This document shows positions 34,935 through 43,422 of a DNA stretch of 64,000 nt, in pieces (the first letter of the stretch is position 1; every line of letters starts with the position of its first letter). Under the pieces are notes generated by a model that had not been told where the DNA came from, made no database searches, and was given only the letters and a program-made list of their open reading frames with translations. The translations under genes were made by a program, and so were the position numbers. Source of the stretch: Minisyncoccota bacterium (GTDB lineage: Bacteria; Patescibacteriota; Minisyncoccia; UBA6257; GWB1-50-10); NCBI GenBank assembly GCA_020059585.1, contig JAGVBU010000003.1:879-64878 (forward strand), read 5' to 3'.

Positions 34935-36149
34935 ATGTACCATCCTGATAAAAAAATACTCAGCGCGTATGCCGATGTACTTGTGAACTTCGCGCTTGGC
35001 GGGGGAAGGGGAATCCGGAAGGGCGATGTTGTGTATGTGGCGGCGTATGAATATTCAAAACCTCTCTATGTGGAGATTTTGCGTGCCATCACGAGAGCAG
35101 GAGGAAATACAATCTCTCACTATATGCCGAACGTTGATCGCACATTTGATATCACGCGCGATTTTTATGCGAATGCCCGAGCGCACCAGATAAATTTTTT
35201 TCCGGGAAAATACTTGCGCGGACTTATCGATGAGATTGATCATTCCATATTTATTCTGAGCGATACCGATATGGAAGCATTAAAAGGAATTCCTCCCGCA
35301 AAAATTATGGCGCAGAGCAAGGCATTTAAGCCGTATCGCGAATGGCGCGAAGAAAAAGAAAACAAGGGAAAGTTTTCATGGACGCTTGCACTCTATGGAA
35401 CCGAGGCCATGGCAAGGGAAGCGGGACTCTCGGAAAAAGAATATTGGGACCAGATCATCAATGCCTGTTTCCTTAAGGATAAAAATCCTATCGCAACGTG
35501 GAGGGGCGTCGAGAAAGAAATAGCCGCATATCGGAAAAGGTTAGATGCGTTGCATATTAAATCGGTGCACGTTAAGGGACCTGATGCGGATCTCCGTATT
35601 GTGATGGGGAAAAAACGGAGGTGGGAGGGCGGTGGAGGCGCAAATATTCCGAGTTTTGAAATATTCACTTCTCCTGATTGGCGCGGGACGAACGGATGGA
35701 TGCGGTTCAATAATCCCGTGTACACCCAGGGACATCTTATTTCCGGCATTTTTCTCGAATTCAAAAACGGCATCGTCGTGAACGCGAAAGCGAAGAAAAA
35801 CGCGAAATTTCTTGAGGAGTTCATCAGGGTTTCTGGCGCCAATCGCATCGGCGAATTTTCCATGACCGATCGGCGTTTTTCGCGTATTACAAAATTCATG
35901 GCGGAAACGCTCTATGATGAGAATATCGGAGGACCGCACGGGAATATGCACATTGCGCTCGGGAATTCATTTCATTCGTGTTATGACGGGAATCCTGCGC
36001 GCGTGAAGAAATCAACGTGGGAAAAACTAGGATTCAATGATTCGGCGATGCATCAGGACATTGTTTCAACGTCTCCGCGGACGATTACCGCAATGCTTTC
36101 CAATGGAAGGGAGAGAGTTATCTATAAAGATGGAATGTTGGTATTATAA
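34935..36149 (+). CDS. Aminopeptidase, M29 (AmpS/PepS) family-like
   Basis: N-terminal K.L..YA.VLVNFALGGGRGIRKGDVVYV pattern and ~400 aa size resemble thermophilic metalloaminopeptidases. HxH/E residues are present but not rigorously mapped. Confidence 0.55.
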   Translation: MYHPDKKILSAYADVLVNFALGGGRGIRKGDVVYVAAYEYSKPLYVEILRAITRAGGNTISHYMPNVDRTFDITRDFYANARAHQINFFPGKYLRGLIDEIDHSIFILSDTDMEALKGIPPAKIMAQSKAFKPYREWREEKENKGKFSWTLALYGTEAMAREAGLSEKEYWDQIINACFLKDKNPIATWRGVEKEIAAYRKRLDALHIKSVHVKGPDADLRIVMGKKRRWEGGGGANIPSFEIFTSPDWRGTNGWMRFNNPVYTQGHLISGIFLEFKNGIVVNAKAKKNAKFLEEFIRVSGANRIGEFSMTDRRFSRITKFMAETLYDENIGGPHGNMHIALGNSFHSCYDGNPARVKKSTWEKLGFNDSAMHQDIVSTSPRTITAMLSNGRERVIYKDGMLVL

Positions 36150-36168
36150 TTGGAATATCTGATTTGTT

Positions 36169-36759
36169 ATGAATAAAAAAATATTTATCCTTCTTGGACA
36201 CCCCGATGATGAGAGCTATTGCGGCGCGCTCTTTCGCTCGTATGAAGCGGGCGCGCGGGAGGGAGGGCACGAGGTGCGAATTCAGTCACTTCAGCGAATG
36301 GATTTCAACGCGAATCTGGAGTATGGATACAACGCGATTCAGGAACTTGAACCGGATCTTCGCATGTTCCAGGAAAATATCCGTTGGGCGGAGCATATCG
36401 TGATTGTGTTTCCCATCTGGTGGGGAACCTTTCCTTCGCGGCTTAAGGGGGTTTTTGACAGGGCGATTCTTCCCGGTTTCGGGTTCAAATATTACAAAAA
36501 GAACGGGATTTTCTGGCGCCGGCTTCTCAAGGGAAAAAGCGCGCGGCTCATCATCACGATGGGAATGCCGCGGATCGCGTATCTTCTCACGTCGCTGTAT
36601 GTCATTCCCGGTGTCCGTCTTCTTAAATACGGTATCTTGAAATTTTGCGGGATTTCGCCGGTTTATACATCCTCGATCTCAAGGGTACTTGCCGCGTCTC
36701 CGGAGAAACGGGAACGATTTCTTGCTAAAATAAAGAAGCTTGGGATAAAAGGAAAATAA
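36169..36759 (+). CDS. Flavodoxin-like fold NAD(P)H-dependent oxidoreductase (NQO/general stress protein 14-like)
   Basis: KIFILLGHPDDESY.. start and ..IVIVFPIWWGTFPSRLKGVFDR are typical of the Flavodoxin_2 family. Confidence 0.6.
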   Translation: MNKKIFILLGHPDDESYCGALFRSYEAGAREGGHEVRIQSLQRMDFNANLEYGYNAIQELEPDLRMFQENIRWAEHIVIVFPIWWGTFPSRLKGVFDRAILPGFGFKYYKKNGIFWRRLLKGKSARLIITMGMPRIAYLLTSLYVIPGVRLLKYGILKFCGISPVYTSSISRVLAASPEKRERFLAKIKKLGIKGK

Positions 36760-36787
36760 AAAGTCGAAACAATATAAGAAAAAAAAT

Positions 36788-37183
36788 ATGAAGGGATATA
36801 TAGACAACATAGAAAAAGCAACGAAGGAGAATATGAATTTTAGGAAGGTTCTCTACACGGCGGTGCACACGCAGCTTGTCGTGATGCATTTGAACCCCGG
36901 CGAGGAGATTGGGGAGGAAGTGCATGAACTCGCGCAGTTTATCCGCGTTGAGGAGGGGAAGGGAGTTGCGATATTAGATGGTGTCACAACGCCGGTTGAG
37001 GATGATTTCGCGATTATCGTGCCCGCGGGAGCGATGCACAACATAATAAACACGGGAGATGAGCCGATGAAGCTTTACACGCTCTACTCGCCGCCGGAGC
37101 ATAAGGACGGCACGATCCACGCGACGAAAGCGGATGCGGAAGCCGATACCGCCGATCATTTTGACGGAAAGACGACGGAATAG
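36788..37183 (+). CDS. Cupin-domain protein
   Basis: G(E/D)..H.H....E...V..G (cupin motif 1: PGEEIGEEVHELAQFIRVEEGKG) and ..G..H...N.G (motif 2: PAGAMHNIINTG). Confidence 0.55.
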   Translation: MKGYIDNIEKATKENMNFRKVLYTAVHTQLVVMHLNPGEEIGEEVHELAQFIRVEEGKGVAILDGVTTPVEDDFAIIVPAGAMHNIINTGDEPMKLYTLYSPPEHKDGTIHATKADAEADTADHFDGKTTE

Positions 37184-37208
37184 TTTGTAAAGTAGAGGGT
37201 TTATAAAG

Positions 37209-37236
37209 AAAAATCCCCGAAAGCGGGGATTTTTTG
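37209..37236 (+). terminator. Rho-independent terminator
   Basis: AAAAATCCCCG-aaa-GCGGGGATTTTTTG. Confidence 0.55.
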
Positions 37237-37261
37237 CGAGCACGTCGGAAGAAGAATATAA

Positions 37262-37813
37262 TTGAATGACGCTGTATTAAGTGAATCATGTTCAAAAATG
37301 ATTTTATCATCCAGACAAAAGTTATTTCATATGAAAGAAAATAATTTTGAAAAAAGGGAGGAGGTGAAGACGGAAACCCTCACGGCGCGGGATCTTGTTG
37401 ATGTTATCTATAAGGGCGAATCGCTGCCGCAGGACGCGCGGTTTCTTTCCGAGAAAGACGGGGGAGTGTTCCATTATTTCGACCCGCGAAATTTGCAGGA
37501 AAATAAGGAAAATAAATTTTATTCCGTCGTAAAGGCAGACGAGGAGATCGCGGGGCTCGGGGAACTAGAAAGGAATCCGTTTGAAGAGGATGAGACGTTT
37601 TGGATAAAATTCCTTTCCGTGGATCCGAAACATCAAGGAAAGGGGTACGCGTCTCTCCTCGCGCGCGAAATATTTTCATTCGCAAAAGAGAGGGGATATA
37701 TTCTCGAAGGTTCGGCATATTCCGATGCGGGATACGAGAAATTGAAAGGACTTTTCAACGTGCTTGCCCAAGAACTTGATGTGCGTTTCAAGGATACCGA
37801 ACGGAGGATATAA
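37262..37813 (+). CDS. GNAT-family N-acetyltransferase-like protein
   Basis: FLSVDPKHQGKGYASLLAREIFSFAKERGYI resembles the GNAT motif A (Q/RxxGxG/A). The start is uncertain: Mets at 37262, 37298 and 37331. Confidence 0.5.
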   Translation: MNDAVLSESCSKMILSSRQKLFHMKENNFEKREEVKTETLTARDLVDVIYKGESLPQDARFLSEKDGGVFHYFDPRNLQENKENKFYSVVKADEEIAGLGELERNPFEEDETFWIKFLSVDPKHQGKGYASLLAREIFSFAKERGYILEGSAYSDAGYEKLKGLFNVLAQELDVRFKDTERRI

Positions 37814-37839
37814 AAAACCCGCCTTTGAGAGCGGGTATT
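37812..37839 (-). terminator. Rho-independent terminator for the minus-strand gene 37856..38365
   Basis: AAAAAACCCGCctttgagaGCGGGTATT on the + strand, giving a hairpin plus T-run on the minus strand. Confidence 0.45.
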
Positions 37840-37855
37840 AATGGTATGAAATTCG

Positions 37856-38365
37856 TTAGTTCAATCCGAGGAATTTGTTGAGATAATGATCTTTCTGGAA
37901 AAAGCTTTCCGGTAACTTTCCGCCGTTGCTTTTTACATTTTTGCATATATTTTTCGGCGTTGTATTGAATATATATGCCAATCCTCTTACTCCCAAGGCA
38001 ACGTCTTCTTCCGCCTTCATTCCGGAAATGGATATCTGAACGTACATTTCATTTATATATACGCCAATACTTCCGGCAAAGCGCATTCTTATTGGATCGC
38101 TCGTATTTTCCGATGATGTATCCTTCATGATGTGTGAGCGTATCGCTTTTTCCGCGGAGAAAAACATTGCGTCTTCTGAGGGGTTTTCGATTGGGAAGAA
38201 AATAAGATTTCTTGTATCGGGTTCTCTCACGAGAACTTGAATGCCGGTGCGCATTTTTCCGTCCTGACGGATACTTTGTGGTAGGGAGTTCAATGTTTCA
38301 AACATCCTTTTCATGAATTGTATGATATCCGATTTTTCGTCTTTTAGGTTGACTCTCATTATCAA
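37856..38365 (-). CDS. Hypothetical protein
   Basis: 169-aa ORF with a downstream terminator and an AT-rich upstream promoter region. Confidence 0.45.
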   Translation of the reverse strand: MIMRVNLKDEKSDIIQFMKRMFETLNSLPQSIRQDGKMRTGIQVLVREPDTRNLIFFPIENPSEDAMFFSAEKAIRSHIMKDTSSENTSDPIRMRFAGSIGVYINEMYVQISISGMKAEEDVALGVRGLAYIFNTTPKNICKNVKSNGGKLPESFFQKDHYLNKFLGLN

Positions 38366-38436
38366 TCTCCTATTAGTGATGAAATAAATTTGTTTAAATT
38401 AATGCTGAGTTTATTATATATTAAAATATAGTTTAT

Positions 38437-38464
38437 GTCAATATGTACCCACGACGTATTGACA
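38437..38464. promoter_or_regulatory. Inverted repeat TGTCAATA-N12-TATTGACA in divergent AT-rich promoter region
   Basis: Seen in sequence; contains TTGACA-like hexamers on both strands. It lies between the divergent genes 37856..38365 and 38586..39455. Confidence 0.25.
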
Positions 38465-38585
38465 ATTATTGTTTTATATGCTTAAATGTTCCCAGCATTT
38501 CCGTATAGCGGAGATGATTTTCTTTCGGAAACGCCGGAAGAAAATTCTTTAAAAAACTAATTATTAATTATTATTTGGAGGTTCT

Positions 38586-39455
38586 ATGTTTTTTTTCATC
38601 ATCAGTGTCATCGTGCTCATCGTCGGAATTGCTGTCTTTGTAACCGGAAAGCAAGAAGAGTCATCGGGAATGAAAGTGGGCGGATCAGTTGTTGCCGGTT
38701 TTGGCGCGTTTCTTATTCTCCTTAACTTTTTCGTAGTTATTCCCGCCGGACACGTTGGCGTAGTTGATTTTTTCGGTAACGTGGCGGAAAAACCTCTTAC
38801 TTCAGGAATCAACGGAGTGAATCCTCTTGCCTCGGTCCATGTGATGAGCGTACAAACTCAGGAGATAAAGGAAGAGATGAGCGTTCCTTCAAAAGAGGGA
38901 CTTACTATAAATCTTGAGATAAGTGCGCTTTTCAAACTTAATCCTAATAGTGCTCCTGAGGTATATCGGACGATTGGCGAGAATTATGTTGATGTGATCC
39001 TTATTCCTCAATTCAGATCGGTGGTGCGTGGCGTGACGGCAAGCTCTGAGGCGAAGATGCTCTACAGTTCTGACCGCGAATCACTTGGTCTTACTATTGT
39101 GAGTGATCTTGAAAAACTAGTGGGAAACAAAGGGATTATCGTGGAAAGCACCCCGTTGCGCGGAATCATACTTCCGGCAAGCTTAACCGCATCAATTGAA
39201 GAAAAGCAGAAGGCGGATCAGGATAATCAACGGATGGAATTCGTGCTTCAAAAAGAATCAAAAGAAGCCGAAAGAAAAAGAATTGAAGCGAAAGGTATAA
39301 AAGATTTCCAGAATATCGTCTCACAGGGAATCAGCGAACAGCTTCTTAAATGGAAGGGCATCGAAGCGACCGAAACACTTGCAAAATCCCCGAATGCAAA
39401 GATTGTCATTATCGGTTCCGGCAAAGATGGTCTTCCTATCATCCTCGGACAGTAA
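38586..39455 (+). CDS. SPFH/band-7 domain protein (prohibitin/HflK-like)
   Basis: N-terminal TM helix, then VIPAGHVGVVDFFGNV.., and a C-terminal coiled-coil EEKQKADQDNQRMEF..EAERKRIEAKG. Confidence 0.7.
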   Translation: MFFFIISVIVLIVGIAVFVTGKQEESSGMKVGGSVVAGFGAFLILLNFFVVIPAGHVGVVDFFGNVAEKPLTSGINGVNPLASVHVMSVQTQEIKEEMSVPSKEGLTINLEISALFKLNPNSAPEVYRTIGENYVDVILIPQFRSVVRGVTASSEAKMLYSSDRESLGLTIVSDLEKLVGNKGIIVESTPLRGIILPASLTASIEEKQKADQDNQRMEFVLQKESKEAERKRIEAKGIKDFQNIVSQGISEQLLKWKGIEATETLAKSPNAKIVIIGSGKDGLPIILGQ

Positions 39456-39559
39456 CCTCCAAATACATATTTTTCATATGCCCCACTTGCGAAAGTGGGG
39501 CATTTTTTTACCATTCGTGTAGAATGATATGTGTCGGTCAACCAATAATTAATTATTTT

Positions 39560-40150
39560 ATGTCAAAAGAATATAGCGCGGAGCCTTTGCGGCTCGATAA
39601 AGATCTGGAAGGAATCAGTTTAAAGTCGGTTACGGAGCATCAGAAGCTCTATGAGGGATACGTGAAAAAGACGAATGAGATACAGGGAAAGATTTCCGCG
39701 GCGGACAAGTTGGAAGCGAACGCGGTCTATAGCGCGATTGGCGAACTGAAGCGACAGGAGACGTTCGCCGTGAATGGAATGAAGCTTCACGAGGCCTATT
39801 TTCCGCTTCTTGGAGGTGATGGCGTCGCGAAGGGGAGAATCCTTGAAATGATTGAGCGGGATTTCGGTTCATATGACGCGTGGAAGGATGATTTTATTGC
39901 AACAGGGATGTCCGCGCGGGGATGGGCGATTCTCGCATACGATTGGAAGGATATGCGTCTTCATAATTACGGCATGGACGCGCAGAACGTGGGGGCCGTG
40001 TGGGGCGCTTCGCCGCTTATCGCGATGGATATGTACGAACACGCGTTTTTTATGGATCATGGAACAAACAAAAAAGCGTATATCGAAGCGTTTTTCAAAA
40101 CCCTCAACTGGGATTTTGTGAATAGTATCGTTGAGAAATATATCGGATAA
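39560..40150 (+). CDS. Fe/Mn superoxide dismutase
   Basis: N-terminal LPYDL-like start (LRLDKDLEGIS..HQKLYEGYV), NAVYSAIGELK..NGMKLHEAYF, and C-terminal DMYEHAFFMDHG (the DxWEHAYY metal-ligand motif equivalent). Internal Met start chosen to avoid overlap with the SPFH gene. Confidence 0.65.
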   Translation: MSKEYSAEPLRLDKDLEGISLKSVTEHQKLYEGYVKKTNEIQGKISAADKLEANAVYSAIGELKRQETFAVNGMKLHEAYFPLLGGDGVAKGRILEMIERDFGSYDAWKDDFIATGMSARGWAILAYDWKDMRLHNYGMDAQNVGAVWGASPLIAMDMYEHAFFMDHGTNKKAYIEAFFKTLNWDFVNSIVEKYIG

Positions 40151-40188
40151 GTATTGAGTATAAAGTAGTAAGTATTAAGGGGTCGGGA
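40149..40188 (+). repeat. AGTA-rich dispersed motif copy 2 (taagtattgagtataaagtagtaagtattaagg)
   Basis: Seen in sequence immediately after the SOD stop codon. Confidence 0.5.
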
Positions 40189-40191
40189 GTG

Positions 40192-40225
40192 AAAAAAACA
40201 GCGTGAGATTTCACGCTGTTTTTAT
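40192..40225. terminator. Bidirectional terminator
   Basis: AAAAAACAGCGTGA-gattt-CACGCTGTTTTTATTT. Confidence 0.55.
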
Positions 40226-40584
40226 TTAGTTATTTTTGCTACAAGTTCCTGCAATTGAGGTTCTATACTTTCTCTTCCTCCCTCATTTACCATAAGGAAA
40301 ATTTCTCTGAATGTTTCAATCGGGAGCATCACTTTCGGTTCGCATAGTTCGTTATTTTTTCCTTCTCGCAGCATCCCTAGCGCTCTTCCCACGTCGCCGA
40401 TGTTGTACCACGGCATCTTAATGTTGTTGTGTTCAATGAACGTAAGAGAAGCGATAATTTCTTTTGGTGGAGAGAAAACCCCCTTTTTTTGACTTTTGAT
40501 TAATTTTTCATAAAGCGCCGAAAACGCTTCGTAAAATGTCGAAAAGGATCCAGCTTCTTCTCCTAAAAAGATAGCCTTAAACAT
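40222..40584 (-). CDS. Hypothetical protein
   Basis: 120-aa ORF ending at the terminator. Confidence 0.45.
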   Translation of the reverse strand: MFKAIFLGEEAGSFSTFYEAFSALYEKLIKSQKKGVFSPPKEIIASLTFIEHNNIKMPWYNIGDVGRALGMLREGKNNELCEPKVMLPIETFREIFLMVNEGGRESIEPQLQELVAKITK

Positions 40585-40694
40585 TCCTTCCTCCTTTTTT
40601 GTGAATATCTTCCTCTACGATACAACAAATCATATTCTTTGGTCAATGTGTTTGTTTTGTTTTATATTCTTTCTTTTTTGTGTAAAATGATTGT

Positions 40695-41645
40695 ATGGAA
40701 CAAACAATACAGACGGTAAAAAGACCAGAAACGTCGCCGAAGGATTTTTTTCTTCACTTGTTGTCGATTGTGACTCTTTACGCGAGCGCCATCAGTTTTT
40801 CAACACTTCTTTTTCAGTGCATTAATTACTGGTTTCCCGACGCGCTCGGCGGCTATTACGCGATGAATGCCTCATTTGAGGCGATGCGGTGGGCAATCGC
40901 GATGCTTATCGTCTTTTTCCCCACGTATGTCGCGACAAATGTGTTCTTGAATAAGGATTATCGCGTAGCTCCGGAAAAGAAGGAGCTCCGGATCAGGAAG
41001 TGGCTTTTATATTTCACGTTGTTTGCTGCGGCACTTATTATTCTCGGTGATTTCGTGGCGCTGCTTTTGAACTTCATGCAGGGGGAACTTACTATGCGAT
41101 TTGTGCTGAAAGTGATCGTTATTTTCTTCGTTACCGGTTCGATATTCGGTTATTATCTTTGGGAACTCAAGAACGCGGGTTTCAGCAGTCGAGTGAAGAT
41201 GTTTGTATATATTATTTCGGGAATCATTCTCGCGTCGATTGTCGCGGGATTTCTTATCGCCGGATCACCCGCGAAAGAGCGCGCAAGAAGATTTGATGGA
41301 GAACGCGTCTCGAACCTCCAAATGATACAGTCTGAAATCGTTTCTTATTGGCAGAGAAAACAAACGCTTCCAGAAGATCTTTCGGCGCTTAATGATTCGA
41401 TAAAGGGATTCTCTGTTCCGAATGATCCAAGGACGAGCGCGCCCTATCGATATGAGGTGACGGGTTCCGAGTCATTTTCCCTGTGCGCAACATTCGAAAT
41501 GGAGAGCGGGGAAGGGAATCCCAGAGAATATCCCTATGGAGGATGGGGGGCGAATTGGGATCATCCCGCGGGAGAAAAGTGTTTTGAGCGCTCTATTGAT
41601 AAAGATTTATATCCATTCATTGTTCCTGAAAAAAGAGCACTATGA
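40695..41645 (+). CDS. Polytopic membrane protein with ~110-aa C-terminal soluble domain (hypothetical)
   Basis: Five to six TM helices followed by the hydrophilic domain ERARRFDGERVSNLQMIQSEIVSYWQRKQ... Stop overlaps the start of the next gene (ATGA). Confidence 0.5.
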   Translation: MEQTIQTVKRPETSPKDFFLHLLSIVTLYASAISFSTLLFQCINYWFPDALGGYYAMNASFEAMRWAIAMLIVFFPTYVATNVFLNKDYRVAPEKKELRIRKWLLYFTLFAAALIILGDFVALLLNFMQGELTMRFVLKVIVIFFVTGSIFGYYLWELKNAGFSSRVKMFVYIISGIILASIVAGFLIAGSPAKERARRFDGERVSNLQMIQSEIVSYWQRKQTLPEDLSALNDSIKGFSVPNDPRTSAPYRYEVTGSESFSLCATFEMESGEGNPREYPYGGWGANWDHPAGEKCFERSIDKDLYPFIVPEKRAL

Positions 41646-42388
41646 CGATTCCCGGAAAACGAACCCGCAACATCTATAATCCAAAGAGTGAGGATCCTTT
41701 CAAGCTTTCGCGCTCGAAAATAGAATTATTCACGGAGTGTCCCCGCTGTTTTTATCTTGATCGGCGTTTGGGAGTTGGGCGTCCGCCGGGATTTCCCTTC
41801 ACATTAAACTCCGCCGTTGATACGCTTTTAAAAAAAGAATTTGATGTTCATCGCGCTCGAGGTTCGCGTCATCCGCTTATGGAAACATACGGAGTTGATG
41901 CCGTTCCGTTTCAACACGACATGATGGATGAGTGGCGGGAAAATTTCAAAGGGGTGCAATTCTTTCATCGCCCGACAAATCTTATCATCACTGGCGCCGT
42001 GGATGATCTTTGGGTGAATAAAAAGGGGGAGGTTATCGTCGTTGATTATAAGGCAACCTCAACCGATGCCGAGATCACGCTTGATGCCGACTATCGCGCG
42101 TCATATAAGCGACAGATGGAGATTTATCAATGGCTTATGCGGAAAAACGGATTTGCCGTTTCCGACACGGGATATTTCGTGTATGCGAATGGAAATAAGG
42201 ACAAGGCCGCGTTTGACGCGAAACTTGAGTTCAGCGTCCAGCTTCTTTCCTACAAAGGAAACGATTCGTGGGTGGAGGATGCGCTTTTCGAGATAAAAAA
42301 GTGCCTTGATGGCGCTTCGATTCCGAACGCGGGAAGCCGATGCGAATATTGTCCCTATCGCGACGCCGCACGGTCGTATGAGGTATAA
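41642..42388 (+). CDS. Stand-alone Cas4-like/RecB-family PD-(D/E)XK nuclease with 4-Cys cluster
   Basis: N-terminal FTECPRCFY (first Cys pair), ITGAVDDLW..VIVVDYKATS (the D..D/ExK core), C-terminal CEYCPYRD (second Cys pair). This is the Cas4/DUF83-type Fe-S nuclease layout. Confidence 0.7.
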   Translation: MTIPGKRTRNIYNPKSEDPFKLSRSKIELFTECPRCFYLDRRLGVGRPPGFPFTLNSAVDTLLKKEFDVHRARGSRHPLMETYGVDAVPFQHDMMDEWRENFKGVQFFHRPTNLIITGAVDDLWVNKKGEVIVVDYKATSTDAEITLDADYRASYKRQMEIYQWLMRKNGFAVSDTGYFVYANGNKDKAAFDAKLEFSVQLLSYKGNDSWVEDALFEIKKCLDGASIPNAGSRCEYCPYRDAARSYEV

Positions 42389-42396
42389 TTGATAGT

Positions 42397-43422
42397 ATGG
42401 ATTATAAGAGAACACAAACATCTTTTTTCTTCTTGGTGCTCATAGGGACGCTTGTGCTTTTGTTTTTTGTGTTTCGCCCGTTTCTCTATCCGCTCCTTTT
42501 TGCGGGGGCATTCGCGCTTGTATTTGAACCTCTTGAAAAAAAAGTGGGAAATCTCGTCGGAAAAAAACGCGCGGGAATTTCAGCATTTCTTACCACCGCG
42601 CTCGTATTCCTTATCATTCTTATCCCTCTTTGGTTTTTCGGGACTCAGGTGTTTTATGAAGGGAAAGATCTTTATGAGGTGTTGACTCGGAATGGCACGG
42701 ACAGTGCTCTTGCCTTCGCGCAAAATTTTGTGCATCAATTTTTCCCCGAGACGTCACTTAATTTTTCCGCGTACGCGACGCAACTTTCAAAATGGGTTGT
42801 GACGAATATCGGCCCTATTTTTTCTGGTGTGACACAAATACTCACGGGTGTGCTCATCAGTTTTCTCGCGCTTTTCTTTTTCCTCAAAGACGGTTCAAAA
42901 ATGAAGGAGGCGCTTTATACGTATAGTCCGCTTGAGGATCGATACGACAAAGAGATTGTAAAGACGCTCACGCAGACGACGCGATCAGTAGTGAAGGGGA
43001 CTCTTGTGGTTTCAATACTGCAAGGAATTGCGGCGGGGATAGGATTTTGGATATTCGGCGTGCCGAGCCCCGCGCTTTGGGGACTTGTGACGGTGGTTGC
43101 GGCGCTTATTCCACTCGTGGGAACGATGCTCGTGGTGCTTCCCGCGACATTATATCTCGCGCTTACGGGCGCGCCTATCTTTGCGCTTGGAATGTTCGCG
43201 TGGGGAGCGCTTATTGTCAGCATGATTGATAACGTGCTTCGTCCGATACTTATGGAGCGTGAGGTGAATATTCATCCATTTCTTATATTTTTGAGTGTGA
43301 TTGGAGGATTGCAATTTTTCGGTCCCGCGGGATTTCTCCTTGGTCCTCTTGTATTGAGTCTTATATTCACCCTGTTTAATATCTATGGGTCAATGATGGC
43401 GCGGGAAGCGCACAAGGAGTAA
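42397..43422 (+). CDS. AI-2E family transporter (PerM/YhhT-like, UPF0118)
   Basis: Eight-TM topology. Conserved F....PLL.A...A..F.P and ..G..G..LG.P pattern is typical of AI-2E family permeases. Confidence 0.6.
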   Translation: MDYKRTQTSFFFLVLIGTLVLLFFVFRPFLYPLLFAGAFALVFEPLEKKVGNLVGKKRAGISAFLTTALVFLIILIPLWFFGTQVFYEGKDLYEVLTRNGTDSALAFAQNFVHQFFPETSLNFSAYATQLSKWVVTNIGPIFSGVTQILTGVLISFLALFFFLKDGSKMKEALYTYSPLEDRYDKEIVKTLTQTTRSVVKGTLVVSILQGIAAGIGFWIFGVPSPALWGLVTVVAALIPLVGTMLVVLPATLYLALTGAPIFALGMFAWGALIVSMIDNVLRPILMEREVNIHPFLIFLSVIGGLQFFGPAGFLLGPLVLSLIFTLFNIYGSMMAREAHKE